This document shows positions 36,988 through 46,932 of a DNA stretch of 53,540 nucleotides, one piece after another. The stretch comes from Verrucomicrobiota bacterium. Its GTDB lineage: Bacteria > Verrucomicrobiota > Verrucomicrobiia > Limisphaerales > UBA9464. The number at the start of each line of letters is the position of its first letter. Positions within the stretch are counted from its first letter, which is position 1. The DNA is taken from positions 1-53,540 of the forward strand of contig JANYCC010000231.1 in assembly GCA_025360495.1 (NCBI GenBank), read 5' to 3'. The translations under genes were made by a program, and so were the position numbers. Below the pieces are notes generated by a model. It worked only from the letters and a program-made list of their open reading frames with translations, was not told the DNA's origin and did no database searches.

Positions 36988-37917
36988 TCACCGGGCGGCC
37001 ACCAAGCACGCCGCGAGATCACGGATGAAGGTTTCCTCCGCCAAGTGCGGGAGGTGATCTTGGAGACGGAGGGCGCCCCAGGTGCGTCGCAGCTTCCGCC
37101 GCCCCAGCGGGAACGTTCGCACTCCGCCTCCAGTCCCGTCGCCGATCGCGCCCCGACCCTCTCCCGTCCCATCTCCGATTCCGATTCCCGCCCCGCTCCG
37201 GATCAGCTCGAGCTGCACCGAAGGACTGGAAACCTCGATGTGCGCCGTGAGCGGCAGACCCTCGCGGAGAAAGTACGCATCGATCAGCCTGCGGGTCCCA
37301 TCGGACGGACCGGGAAGGATCAGGGTTTGCCCGACGATCTGTTCCCTGAGGACGCGGTCGGCCACAGCCCAAGGGTGATCCGCAGGGGTGATCCAGCGGA
37401 GTTCATCCACCCAGACCGGGGTGACCGCGATCTGGGCGAGCCCGACGGGGGCCACGCCGAACGCGACATCGACCTGGTCCGTCAACAGCAGATCGACGGA
37501 ACGGCCTTCGTCGGCAAGTTCGATTTTGACCGGGCAACCGGGCATCGAACGCGGGAATCCGCGCAGGGCCCGGATGAAAGCATCTCCGGCGAGAAACGGG
37601 CTGATGGCCAGGCGCAGTCGGGCTTTGCCCCACCGCTGGCGATGGCTCAGGGCGGTGCGGGCGCGATCACTCTCATCGAGGATTCGACGGGCATGGTGGA
37701 GCAACTGTTCCCCGGCGGGGGTTGGCTGGGCCGATTTGCCCAACCTGTCAAATAGCCTGCATCCCGTTGCTTCTTCCAAGACACGGATTGAATGGCTCAC
37801 AGCGGACTGGCTCACACGCAACTCCCGGCCGGCGAGGGTGAAACTGCCCGTTTTGGCGAGGGCGACGAACACCTGGAGTTGGTGGCTGTCGAGCGGGGGA
37901 ACGAAGGAATGAGACAT
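36988..37917 (-). CDS. LysR-family transcriptional regulator
   Basis: MSHSFVPPLDSHQLQVFVALAKTGSFTLAGRELRVSQSAVSHSIRVLEEATGCRLFDRLGK (HTH_1), followed by a substrate-binding domain. The ATG at 37917 is preferred; the TTG at 37926 is the alternative. Confidence 0.85.
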   Translation of the reverse strand: MSHSFVPPLDSHQLQVFVALAKTGSFTLAGRELRVSQSAVSHSIRVLEEATGCRLFDRLGKSAQPTPAGEQLLHHARRILDESDRARTALSHRQRWGKARLRLAISPFLAGDAFIRALRGFPRSMPGCPVKIELADEGRSVDLLLTDQVDVAFGVAPVGLAQIAVTPVWVDELRWITPADHPWAVADRVLREQIVGQTLILPGPSDGTRRLIDAYFLREGLPLTAHIEVSSPSVQLELIRSGAGIGIGDGTGEGRGAIGDGTGGGVRTFPLGRRKLRRTWGALRLQDHLPHLAEETFIRDLAACLVAAR

Positions 37918-37941
37918 CCGAATCAAAGTGATGAAGAAATT

Positions 37942-37972
37942 GCCATGCCAAGCCGTGCCCGCTTGGCATGGC
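37942..37972. promoter_or_regulatory. Perfect 12-bp dyad GCCATGCCAAGC-N7-GCTTGGCATGGC in the LysR/porin divergent region (candidate operator)
   Basis: Read directly. It lies 25-55 bp upstream of the LysR ATG (37917) and about 130-160 bp upstream of the porin ATG (38100). Confidence 0.5.
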
Positions 37973-38099
37973 GCAAGATAAGGGTCGGCCGGAAGCCAAG
38001 GTCACCCAAGGGGGGGAAGCGGACGCCGTAAGCGTCCGTCCGGTCATTCAGACCGGCGGGACACACGTTCCGGACTCATGGCTCCCGGCAAACAACCCT

Positions 38100-39356
38100 A
38101 TGAATCAGGACATCACCAGAAACCTCACCCGACACTTGGGATTGGGCGTGGCGTTGGCGGGCAGCTTTTCGCTGGCCGTCGCGCAGGACGCCCCCCGGAT
38201 GGAGAAACTCGAGCAGGAAAACCAAGACCTGAAAAAGCGTCTCGACGCACTGGAAACACTGGCGCAGCGCGAGGGTCTCCAGCCCGCCAAAGACGGATCC
38301 AAGGCGGTTTCCGCCCTCTCCAGCATCTCCCTCAGCGGCTTCGTCCAGGCCTCCTATTTCTATAACTTCAACCGTCCCGCCGACGGCAAGAGCGACGGTT
38401 ATCTCTGGAACACCACCCACAATTCCTTCTCGCTGAACAAGGTCAAGCTGACCCTGGCCAGCCCGCCGGTGGAAGCCAGCGGTGACAAGTGGGATGCCGC
38501 CTTCCGGGTCTCGATGATCTGGGGCGAGGATTCACCGGTCCTGAACACGGGCTCCCCCGCCGCGGGATTCGAGGCCCTCCGCGAGGCGTATGTGGAACTC
38601 AACGCCCCGATCGGGGACGGGCTCAACATCCGGGCCGGCCAGCTCATCTCGCTGCTCAACTGGGAATCCGGCGATGGCGGCGCCGCCAATCCGAACTTCT
38701 CCCAGGGTTACCAATGGTTCTTCACCGGCAACGGCCCGTCCACCGGCGTCCAACTCGGCTACACCTTCACCGACTGGCTCAGTGCGAAGGTGCGCGTCCA
38801 GAACGGCCTTTATGCCGGACCGGTCGATGGCAATGACGCCAAGACCCTGATGGGCAGCCTGAACTTCAAACCCACCAAGGACATCTGGTTCAACCTCCTC
38901 GGCTTCGGCGGACAGGAGAGCAAGACCCTCGACGTCAAGGGCGGCTCCGTGCTCGCCGGCTATGACATCACCTCCCAATTCCACACCGGGCTGGAATTCG
39001 ATTACTTCAACTTCAAGCCGTCCGTGGGCAAATCGGCCGACCTCATCTCGATCGGCGGCTGGGCCTGGTACGATTTCAACAGCCAGTTCGGCGTGGCGGT
39101 CCGTGCCGAGTATCTGGACGACAAGGACGGTGGCGGCCTGCGCGGGATCAACCTTCCGGGCCGACCCAACAGCGCCATCATGTCCTCCGATTCCGACGGC
39201 GATCTCGGGAGCCTGACGCTGACCTTCAACTGGCATCCGTCGGCCCGCATCAAGATCCAGCCGGAGCTCCGCTATGATTACACCTCCTATAGCGGCGGAT
39301 TCGACGGCCACAAGAGCCGGGTCATCGCCGGGGTCGGTGTGAACTATCTCTTCTAA
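38100..39356 (+). CDS. Outer-membrane beta-barrel porin (OmpL-like/bbp2 type) with N-terminal coiled coil
   Basis: ORF 37968..39356 with an ATG at 38100 ([29 protein letters not shown] is the signal). The coiled coil is [21 protein letters not shown]. The rest alternates in beta-strand pattern, and the C-terminus GVGVNYLF ends in the aromatic residue typical of OMPs. Confidence 0.7.
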   Translation: MNQDITRNLTRHLGLGVALAGSFSLAVAQDAPRMEKLEQENQDLKKRLDALETLAQREGLQPAKDGSKAVSALSSISLSGFVQASYFYNFNRPADGKSDGYLWNTTHNSFSLNKVKLTLASPPVEASGDKWDAAFRVSMIWGEDSPVLNTGSPAAGFEALREAYVELNAPIGDGLNIRAGQLISLLNWESGDGGAANPNFSQGYQWFFTGNGPSTGVQLGYTFTDWLSAKVRVQNGLYAGPVDGNDAKTLMGSLNFKPTKDIWFNLLGFGGQESKTLDVKGGSVLAGYDITSQFHTGLEFDYFNFKPSVGKSADLISIGGWAWYDFNSQFGVAVRAEYLDDKDGGGLRGINLPGRPNSAIMSSDSDGDLGSLTLTFNWHPSARIKIQPELRYDYTSYSGGFDGHKSRVIAGVGVNYLF

Positions 39357-39418
39357 CCCGGGCCCCAAACCTCATCGCAGCAACCCGACAGAATCTTTGC
39401 AATCCGCATATTAACGCC

Positions 39419-40663
39419 ATGAAATCATTCAATTTGAGAACCCTCAGTCCGCTCCTGCTCGCCTTGGGCCTGGGCCTGGCCCGGGCCGCCGACACCGTCA
39501 AGGTGGGTGTCCTGCATTCCCTCAGTGGGACGATGGCCATCAGCGAAACCTCCCTCAAGGACATCCTCCTGTTCACCTTTGACGAGGTGAACAAATCCGG
39601 GGGCGTCAAGGTGGCCGGCAAGAACTACATGATCGAGCCGGTCATCGTGGATCCGGCATCCAACTGGCCGCTCTTCGCCGAGAAAGCCGAGGAATTGCTC
39701 GTGAAAGACAAGGTTTCGGTCGTCTTCGGCTGCTGGACCTCCGTCAGCCGCAAATCGGTGCTGCCGGTGTTCGAACGCAACAACGGCCTGCTTTTCTACC
39801 CGGTCCAGTATGAGGGCGAGGAATTGTCCAAGAACATCTTCTACACCGCGGAGGCGGTGAACCAGCAGGCGATCCCGGCGGTGGATTACATGCTCGCGGA
39901 GGGCAAGAAGAAGTTCTATCTGCTGGGTTCGGACTACGTCTATCCCCGGACCACGAACAAGATCCTCAAACAGTATCTGAAATCCAAGGGCATCCCGGAT
40001 TCGGACATCGAGGAGATCTACACGCCGTTCGGCCACACCGATTACCAGACGATCGTGGCGTCCATCAAGGGCTTCGCGGCCGGTGGGAAGTCGTGCGTGA
40101 TCAGCACGCTCAACGGCGACACCAATGTGCCGTTCTTCAAGGAATTCGCCAACGCCGGCCTGACCAGTGAGAACTGCCCGGTGGTTTCATTCTCGATCTC
40201 CGAGGACGAGTTCCGCGGGCTGCCGGCCAAGGAACTCGCCGGCCACCTCGGTTGCTGGACCTATTTCATGTCCCTCAAGACCCCCGAGAACGCGAAGTTC
40301 GTGGCGGATTTCCAGACCTGGCTCAAGGCCCCGAAGGTCACCGGGATTGATTACACCGTGAGCGGCGTGGACACCAAGGGCCGGGTCACGTGCAGCCCGA
40401 TGAACCTGTCCCGGATCGGCGTCCATCTGTGGAAACAGGCCGTGGAAAAGGCCGGATCCTTCGATGTCGACAAGGTCCGGGAGGCGCTCATCGGCCAGAA
40501 ATTCAAGGGCCCCGCCGGGGAGGTGACCATGCAGGCGAACCATCACCTCATCAACAATGCCTTCATCGGCGAGACCCTTCCGACCGGCCAGTTCAAGATC
40601 ATCAAGACCATGAAAGGCGTGGCCGGTGAACCCTTCAGCTCGAAATTCCTCGGGACCAACTGA
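39419..40663 (+). CDS. urtA: Urea ABC transporter substrate-binding protein
   Basis: Signal peptide followed by [40 protein letters not shown] and [14 protein letters not shown]. Confidence 0.9.
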   Translation: MKSFNLRTLSPLLLALGLGLARAADTVKVGVLHSLSGTMAISETSLKDILLFTFDEVNKSGGVKVAGKNYMIEPVIVDPASNWPLFAEKAEELLVKDKVSVVFGCWTSVSRKSVLPVFERNNGLLFYPVQYEGEELSKNIFYTAEAVNQQAIPAVDYMLAEGKKKFYLLGSDYVYPRTTNKILKQYLKSKGIPDSDIEEIYTPFGHTDYQTIVASIKGFAAGGKSCVISTLNGDTNVPFFKEFANAGLTSENCPVVSFSISEDEFRGLPAKELAGHLGCWTYFMSLKTPENAKFVADFQTWLKAPKVTGIDYTVSGVDTKGRVTCSPMNLSRIGVHLWKQAVEKAGSFDVDKVREALIGQKFKGPAGEVTMQANHHLINNAFIGETLPTGQFKIIKTMKGVAGEPFSSKFLGTN

Positions 40664-40705
40664 CTGACGCATCCAAGGTTTCCGTGTGTTTGACAGTGTG
40701 CCGAC

Positions 40706-40731
40706 GGGGGCGGGCGCGGACGCCCGCCCCC
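40706..40731 (+). terminator. GC-rich stem-loop between urtA and urtB (candidate partial terminator or mRNA-stabilising hairpin)
   Basis: GGGGGCGGGCG-cgga-CGCCCGCCCCC is an 11-bp perfect stem, 43 bp after the urtA stop. There is no U-tract. Confidence 0.5.
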
Positions 40732-40804
40732 TGATCAGCTTGTGATCCGGCGCCCTGAAGAACCGATCCCTGCATCACCTCCAGCCGGGGAATCGCCGCA
40801 CCCA

Positions 40805-42613
40805 ATGCATAATGACGCAAAAGTGGGAACTTATATCTTCAGCTTCATCGGGTGCCAATCCTGTGGCCCCTTGCGTTTTTTGCAGCCATTCCCCACTCCC
40901 GGGCCCTCCCGCCTCAGGTATGCACCCGGGTCTCTGGCCCGAACTCTTTTCCGGTTCCTGCGCGCCGCCGCCTTCCTCGCAGCCTTCGCGGGCATCCTTG
41001 CCCGCGCCGACGCCCCGGCCCGCGCCCGCCTGGTCCGGGCGATCCTTTCGGAAGATGTCACCGAACAGGTGACCCTGGTCCGGGAGTTGACGGGGACGGA
41101 CGACCCTTTGGTTGTTCAGGGCCTGGCCGCCTGGCGCAGTGGCAGCCTCTTCTTATATCCCGGTCCCGACGGCGCCGCGGGACAACCCTTCCTTTCGGAT
41201 GGTTCCGTGGACCCGGCTGGCAAGGCGGGCGCCACCCGGATTGCGGATGGCGAACCGGTGCGGGACGCCACCGGGACGGCAGTCCGATTTTCCGCGGGGG
41301 AACTCACGGCGGCCGACACCTCGTCCAAGCTCCGCAAGGCCATAAAAGTCGTGCTCGACCTGCGCGCGGTGGAAGATCCGGAAGCCCGGGTGCGACGCGA
41401 TGCCGTGGTGAAGCTGGGACAGGAACAGGAGTCCGAATACCTGCCCCATTTTGAACAGCGACTCTCCGTCGAGACGGTCCCGGGAATCCGCCGGGTGCTC
41501 ATGGAGGCCATCGCGCTCACCCAATTGTCCGAAGCCGATCCGAAGGTGCGACTCGGGGCGGTGCGACGCCTGGTGGAGATCCGGTCGATCAGTTCGTTGG
41601 AACCGTTACGGCAATTGTCCCGGAAGCTCCAGGGGGGAAATGAAGGGGATTTGCTCCGGGCGATTCAGGCGGCGGTGAAGGAAATCGAGGAATACCAAGC
41701 GCGGGCCAACCTGTATGGAACGGCCTTTCGCGGCCTGAGCCTGGCGGCCGTGCTGTTGGTCGCGGCGCTGGGATTGGCGATCACCTTCGGCCTGATGGGG
41801 GTGATCAACATGGCCCACGGCGAGATCATCATGATCGGGGCCTATACGGCGTACGGCGTCCAAAACATTTTCCGGGATGCTTTCGGCGCCACCGGGACGG
41901 GATTCGAGACTTATTTCCTGGTGGCCCTCCCGGCCTCCTTTGCGACGGCGGGACTGGTGGGTCTGCTGCTGGAACAGGGGATCATCCGGTTTCTTTATCG
42001 GCGACCCTTGGAATCGATGCTCGCGACCTGGGGTGTGAGCCTGGTGTTGCAGCAGGTCTTCCGGCATGTGTTCGGTGCCGCCAATGTCCAGGTCAATTCC
42101 CCGCACTGGCTCAGCGGGAGCTTCGAGGTCAGCGATGTGCTCCTCGCCTACAACCGTCTTTTTGTGATCGGCTTCGCGGTCTTCATCGTGGTGCTCACCT
42201 GGCTGCTCATGACCCGCACCAGCCTCGGCCTCCAGATCCGCGCGGTGATGCAGAACCGCGCCATGGCCTCCGCAGTCGGCGTCCGGACCGAGCGGGTCAA
42301 CATGATGACGTTCGCCTTCGGATCGGGTCTGGCGGGGATGGCAGGCGCCTGCCTGTCACAAATCGGCAATGTGGGACCGGGCCTCGGACAGAATTATGTC
42401 GTCGATTGCTTCATGATCGTCGTGCTCGGAGGGGTGGGCAGCCTGCCCGGCACCGTGTCGGCGTCCCTCGGGGTGGGGGTGACGGACCAGATCCTGCAGC
42501 CGTGGCTGGGGGCCGTGATGGGCAAGATCACCGTGCTGGCCGCCATCATCCTGTTCCTCCAATGGCGACCGGCCGGCATCTTCGCCTCGCGCGGCCGGGG
42601 GTTGGAGGGCTGA
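40805..42613 (+). CDS. urtB: Urea ABC transporter permease, long form with an N-terminal extension of about 300 aa
   Basis: ORF 40742..42613. The C-terminal roughly 300 aa form a LivH-type permease ([18 protein letters not shown]). The N-terminal part carries a signal/TM-like [18 protein letters not shown] and DPxxRxxAVxxL HEAT-like repeats. The start codon is uncertain: ATG 40805 is the only ATG upstream of the hydrophobic segment. Confidence 0.8.
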   Translation: MHNDAKVGTYIFSFIGCQSCGPLRFLQPFPTPGPSRLRYAPGSLARTLFRFLRAAAFLAAFAGILARADAPARARLVRAILSEDVTEQVTLVRELTGTDDPLVVQGLAAWRSGSLFLYPGPDGAAGQPFLSDGSVDPAGKAGATRIADGEPVRDATGTAVRFSAGELTAADTSSKLRKAIKVVLDLRAVEDPEARVRRDAVVKLGQEQESEYLPHFEQRLSVETVPGIRRVLMEAIALTQLSEADPKVRLGAVRRLVEIRSISSLEPLRQLSRKLQGGNEGDLLRAIQAAVKEIEEYQARANLYGTAFRGLSLAAVLLVAALGLAITFGLMGVINMAHGEIIMIGAYTAYGVQNIFRDAFGATGTGFETYFLVALPASFATAGLVGLLLEQGIIRFLYRRPLESMLATWGVSLVLQQVFRHVFGAANVQVNSPHWLSGSFEVSDVLLAYNRLFVIGFAVFIVVLTWLLMTRTSLGLQIRAVMQNRAMASAVGVRTERVNMMTFAFGSGLAGMAGACLSQIGNVGPGLGQNYVVDCFMIVVLGGVGSLPGTVSASLGVGVTDQILQPWLGAVMGKITVLAAIILFLQWRPAGIFASRGRGLEG

Positions 42614-42614
42614 C

Positions 42615-43742
42615 ATGAAAGGCTCCTTGAAACGCGAACTCTGGGTGGTGGGGATTTTCGCCCTGGCCGGCCTCGTGGTCCTGCCGTTGCTGAACACGCT
42701 GGCACCCGTGGGATCGGCCCTGCATGTCAGCACGTTCACCCTGAGCGTCTATGGCAAATACCTGTGTTATGCCGTGCTGGCGATGGGCGTGAATCTCCTC
42801 TGGGGCCAGACCGGGATCCTGAGTCTCGGCCAATGCCTTTTCTTCGCCCTCGGTGGTTATGCCCTCGGGATGCACCTCATGCTCCTGATCGGCAAACTGG
42901 GCCAATACCATGCCGATATCCCGGATTTCATGGTGTTCCTGGAATTCCCCAAACGCTATCCGGCCACCGGCGGCCTCCCGTCCCACTGGATCCCGTTCCG
43001 GAACCTGGCCTTCGCACTCGGGGCCGTCGTCATCGTTCCCGCAGCGGTTGCCGCCGCCTTTGGTTGGCTGGCCTTCCGCTCGCGGATCAAGGGGGTCTAT
43101 TTCTCCATCCTCAGCCAGGCCCTCACCTATGCGGCCACACTTCTCTTCTTCCGCAATGATTTCACCTTCGGCGGCAACAATGGCCTCACCGACTTCAAGT
43201 TCCTGCTCGGCCAGGACCTCAATGCGCCGTCCACCAAACGCAGCCTTTTCATCGCCTCGGTCCTCCTCCTGCTCGGCACCTATGCCCTCTGCCGCTGGCT
43301 CACCTCGACCAAGTTCGGCCTCATCCAACGCGCCATCCGGGACAGTGAAAACCGCGTGCTCTTCTCCGGTTACGCGACGGCCGATTTCAAACTTTTCATC
43401 TTCGTCCTCGCCGCGATCATCTCCGGCCTCGGCGGCGCCCTTTATGTCCCCCAGGTGGGCATCATCAACCCCAGTGAGATGGGTCCGGACAAATCCCTCG
43501 AGGCCGTGGTCTGGTGCGCCGTCGGGGGCCGGGGCAGCCTCATCGGACCCATCCTCGGTGCGATCAGTTGCAATGCCCTGAAAAGCTATGCCACCCACGC
43601 TTTCGCCGAACAATGGCCCTATTTCCTCGGCGGCCTCTTCATCTTCGTGACGCTTTTCCTGCCCGAGGGACTCGTCGGACTCCCCGCCCGATTCGCCCGT
43701 CTCCGCCGCCGTTTGAAACCGCCGTCCGCCCCCACGCCATGA
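42615..43742 (+). CDS. urtC: Urea ABC transporter permease
   Basis: 375-aa LivM-type permease. It has [20 protein letters not shown] and the urea-type extra loop [16 protein letters not shown]. Confidence 0.85.
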   Translation: MKGSLKRELWVVGIFALAGLVVLPLLNTLAPVGSALHVSTFTLSVYGKYLCYAVLAMGVNLLWGQTGILSLGQCLFFALGGYALGMHLMLLIGKLGQYHADIPDFMVFLEFPKRYPATGGLPSHWIPFRNLAFALGAVVIVPAAVAAAFGWLAFRSRIKGVYFSILSQALTYAATLLFFRNDFTFGGNNGLTDFKFLLGQDLNAPSTKRSLFIASVLLLLGTYALCRWLTSTKFGLIQRAIRDSENRVLFSGYATADFKLFIFVLAAIISGLGGALYVPQVGIINPSEMGPDKSLEAVVWCAVGGRGSLIGPILGAISCNALKSYATHAFAEQWPYFLGGLFIFVTLFLPEGLVGLPARFARLRRRLKPPSAPTP

Positions 43743-44518
43743 CCCCTCCCCCGCGCCAGTTCATCCTCGCCATGGAGGGCGTCACCAAGACGTTCGACGG
43801 ATTCCGCGCAATCAACGGCCTCAATTTCTACATGGATGAGGGCGAACTGCGCGTGATCATCGGCCCGAATGGTGCCGGCAAGAGCACCATGCTCGACCTC
43901 ATCACCGGCCGCACCCGTCCCGATGCCGGCAAGGTGGAGTTCGGCCGCGACACCGATCTCACCCGCCTCAACGAATATGAGATCGCCCGACTGGGCATCG
44001 GGCGGAAGTTCCAGACGCCGTCGGTTTATATCGATCATACCGTCGAGGAAAACATCTGGCTTTCCATCGAGGGCCGGCGCGGGGTCTGGGCCTGCCTATT
44101 TTCCCGGCTCCGCCCCTCCGACCGCGACCGGATCCACGAGGTGTTGGAAACGATCGGGTTGACGGATCGGGCGGCTTCCAAGGCCGGCGCGCTGTCCCAT
44201 GGACAGAAGCAATGGTTGGAGATCGGCATGTTGCTGGCCCAAAATCCGCGGCTTCTGTTGGTGGATGAACCGGCGGCGGGGATGACCGATGACGAGACCG
44301 TGCGGACGGGCGAGCTCCTCTTGAGCCTGGCCGGCCGCCACAGCATCGTGGTCATCGAACACGACATGGTCTTCGTCCGACAGATCGCCCGCACCGTGAC
44401 CGTGCTCCATCAGGGCAGCATCCTGTGCGAGGGCACCGTCGACCAGGTCCAGAATGACGAGCGGGTGATGGAGGTTTACCTGGGTCGGAAAAAGAAGGGC
44501 CAATCCACCGCGCCATGA
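43739..44518 (+). CDS. urtD: Urea ABC transporter ATP-binding protein
   Basis: The ATG at 43739 makes an ATGA overlap with the urtC stop. It has Walker [10 protein letters not shown], the signature [11 protein letters not shown] and Walker B LLLVDEP. Confidence 0.9.
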   Translation: MTPPPRQFILAMEGVTKTFDGFRAINGLNFYMDEGELRVIIGPNGAGKSTMLDLITGRTRPDAGKVEFGRDTDLTRLNEYEIARLGIGRKFQTPSVYIDHTVEENIWLSIEGRRGVWACLFSRLRPSDRDRIHEVLETIGLTDRAASKAGALSHGQKQWLEIGMLLAQNPRLLLVDEPAAGMTDDETVRTGELLLSLAGRHSIVVIEHDMVFVRQIARTVTVLHQGSILCEGTVDQVQNDERVMEVYLGRKKKGQSTAP

Positions 44519-45282
44519 AGCTCGAGCTTTCCCGATTGCACGTGAGTTATGACGGTTCGCGCATCCTCCGCGATGTCAGCCTGACCGTGTCCCCGGGCGA
44601 GGTGGTCTGCCTGATGGGGCGCAACGGCGTGGGCAAGACCACGACCTTGAAAGCGGTCATCGGCCTGGTACGGCTGGACCAGGGGACCGTGCGTCTCGGC
44701 GATCAGGATCTGTCCGGGATGCGTCCGGAAGCCCGGGCACGCTCGGGATTGGGTTATGTTCCGCAGGGTCGCGACATTTTTCCGGGGTTGACGGTGTGGG
44801 AGAACCTGAGGATCGGGGCGGTGGCGCAGGGCCGGAAACTGAATGGCGAGGCGGAACGGGTGTTCACGCTGTTTCCGGTGTTGAAGGACATGCTTCAACG
44901 AAAGGGCGGCGTGTTGAGCGGCGGCCAGCAACAGCAACTCGCCATCGGCCGCGCCCTGCTGACCAATCCCAAGATCCTGCTGCTCGACGAACCGACCGAA
45001 GGCATCCAGCCCAACATCATCGACCAGATCGGCGAGACGATCAAAAGACTGAGTGCCTATGGGCTCCATGATGACGGTCCGGAGCGGGCCGCCGAGATCG
45101 GCCAGGCCATCCAGGCGCTCCGGCGCGAGGGACAGATCGGGATCCTGCTGGTGGAACAGTATCTTGATTTCTGCATCGAGGTGGGGGACACCTTTCACAT
45201 CATGGATCGCGGCGCGGTCGTTGCGCACGGGGCCATCAATGAACTGAGTGACCAGATGGTCCGCCAACATCTCACGGTATGA
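44515..45282 (+). CDS. urtE: Urea ABC transporter ATP-binding protein (with an extra segment of about 22 aa before the D-loop region)
   Basis: ATGA overlap with urtD. It has GRNGVGKTT, LSGGQQQQLAIGRAL, LLLDEPTEGIQP and ILLVEQYLDF. Confidence 0.9.
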   Translation: MKLELSRLHVSYDGSRILRDVSLTVSPGEVVCLMGRNGVGKTTTLKAVIGLVRLDQGTVRLGDQDLSGMRPEARARSGLGYVPQGRDIFPGLTVWENLRIGAVAQGRKLNGEAERVFTLFPVLKDMLQRKGGVLSGGQQQQLAIGRALLTNPKILLLDEPTEGIQPNIIDQIGETIKRLSAYGLHDDGPERAAEIGQAIQALRREGQIGILLVEQYLDFCIEVGDTFHIMDRGAVVAHGAINELSDQMVRQHLTV

Positions 45283-46148
45283 TTGCGGCCGCCGGCTATC
45301 GGCTGGGTGCTCCGCCGCCCCCCGCCCCGGAGTTCCGGCCCGGATCTTCGCGGCTCGGGATCCGTCGGGTGGCCGGATCCAGCGCCGTCACGACCGCCTA
45401 TGCCACCAGCCCCATGAAGCTTCTGGTCCCGCGGCCCCGCGGCATCAGCGTGTGGGCGTACACCAGCAGCTTCGGCGGCGGCTTGGTTGCCGGCGACCAG
45501 ACCTCCCTGGAGATTGTGGTGGAACCCGGCGCCCGGGTCTTTGTCGGGACCCAGGCCTCCTCCAAAGTTTATCATAACCGCGACCTGGAACCGTGCGGCC
45601 ATCAGACCACAGCCCATGTGGGCGCGGGTTCCCTGTTGGTGCTGGCCCCCGATCCCGCGCAGCTTTTCGCCGATTCCACCTACCGCCAACGCCAGGAATT
45701 CCATCTGGCGCCCGAGGCCAGCCTGGTCCTGGTCGATGGCTTCGGCTCCGGACGCGTGGCCCGCGGCGAACGGTGGGATTTCAATCATTATGCCAGCCGG
45801 AATATCATCCGGGTCGGGGATCGCACCGTGATGTGGGATGCCTTGCAGCTGGACCCGGCCGACGGCGGATTGTCCGGGCCGTTCCGGGGCGGCCGATACG
45901 ACAGCCTGACGACGCTGGTGGTGTTGGGTCCGGCGGTCCGCGAAATCGCGCTCGCGATCCTCGCGGAAGTGGGTGCCCGCCCGGTGGAACGCCGGGCCGC
46001 GTTGATCGTCAGCGCGAGTCCCCTTGCCGACGGCGCGGTCGTGCGCCTCGCCGGCGGCGGATCCGAACCGGTCGCCCGCGAGTTGCACCGTTGGCTGACA
46101 CCCCTCGGGCCATTGCTCGGGGATGAACCTTGGCGCCGAAAGTGGTGA
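45279..46148 (+). CDS. ureD: Urease accessory protein UreD/UreH
   Basis: ATGA overlap with the urtE stop. It has the UreD-like pattern PMKLLVPRPRGISVWAYTSSFGGGLVAGDQ...VGTQASSKVY. Confidence 0.8.
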   Translation: MIAAAGYRLGAPPPPAPEFRPGSSRLGIRRVAGSSAVTTAYATSPMKLLVPRPRGISVWAYTSSFGGGLVAGDQTSLEIVVEPGARVFVGTQASSKVYHNRDLEPCGHQTTAHVGAGSLLVLAPDPAQLFADSTYRQRQEFHLAPEASLVLVDGFGSGRVARGERWDFNHYASRNIIRVGDRTVMWDALQLDPADGGLSGPFRGGRYDSLTTLVVLGPAVREIALAILAEVGARPVERRAALIVSASPLADGAVVRLAGGGSEPVARELHRWLTPLGPLLGDEPWRRKW

Positions 46149-46154
46149 TCCCCC

Positions 46155-46931
46155 ATGCATCTCAATCCCCGTGAGCTCGACAAACTGGTCCTGCACCAAG
46201 CCGGTTTCCTCGCCCAGAAACGCCTGGCCCGCGGCGTCCGCCTCAACCACCCCGAGTCGGTCGCGCTCATCGCCACCGTCCTGTTGGAGCTGATCCGCGA
46301 CGGCCGCACCGTGGCGGAGTTGATGGACTTGGGGAAACGCCTGCTCGGCCGTCGCCAGGTGATGCCCGGGGTCCCCGCCCTGATCAGCGAGGTGCAGGTC
46401 GAGGGAACATTCCCGGACGGCACCAAACTGGTGACCGTCCATCATCCGATCGCGGCCGAGGACGGGGATTATACCCTGTCCTTATATGGTTCCTTTCTGC
46501 CGGTCCCGATCCCGGTCCCGAACGCGACCCCGACGGTGACGACTTTGGACGACGACGGGATGGAGCCCGGTGCGGTGGAGGCGGCCGAGGGTGAGATCGA
46601 ACTCAACGCCGGGCGTCCGGTGGTCGAACTGTCCGTCACCAACCTCGGGGACCGTCCGGTGCAGGTGGGCAGCCATTATCATTTCATCGAGACCAACGCG
46701 GCCTTGCGTTTCGACCGCTCCAAATCCTATGGCAAACGGCTCGATATCCCGGCGGGTGCGGCGGTCCGATTCGAGCCCGGTGAGACCCGCACGGTGCGGT
46801 TGGTGGACATCGCCGGACGCCGCGTGATCCGCGGCGGCAACGGGCTTGCGAGCGGACGCGTCACGGAGGCGGGAAGGCAGGCCGCGATGAAACGGGTCCG
46901 GAAAGCCGGTTTTGCGAACGGGGAGGAATGA
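46155..46931 (+). CDS. ureAB: Urease gamma-beta fusion subunit
   Basis: The N-terminal roughly 100 aa are [34 protein letters not shown]...[17 protein letters not shown] (gamma). A linker of about 40 aa follows. Then comes [43 protein letters not shown]...GNGL (beta). Confidence 0.9.
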   Translation: MHLNPRELDKLVLHQAGFLAQKRLARGVRLNHPESVALIATVLLELIRDGRTVAELMDLGKRLLGRRQVMPGVPALISEVQVEGTFPDGTKLVTVHHPIAAEDGDYTLSLYGSFLPVPIPVPNATPTVTTLDDDGMEPGAVEAAEGEIELNAGRPVVELSVTNLGDRPVQVGSHYHFIETNAALRFDRSKSYGKRLDIPAGAAVRFEPGETRTVRLVDIAGRRVIRGGNGLASGRVTEAGRQAAMKRVRKAGFANGEE

Positions 46932-46932
46932 C

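Noticed and set aside
37937-37952. Sigma-54-like -24/-12 element (TGGCAT-N5-TTTC) reading towards the LysR gene.
   Set aside because: The -12 half is imperfect (TTTC rather than TTGC), and the spacing to the ATG would leave almost no leader. It is mentioned under the dyad finding but not called as a promoter.
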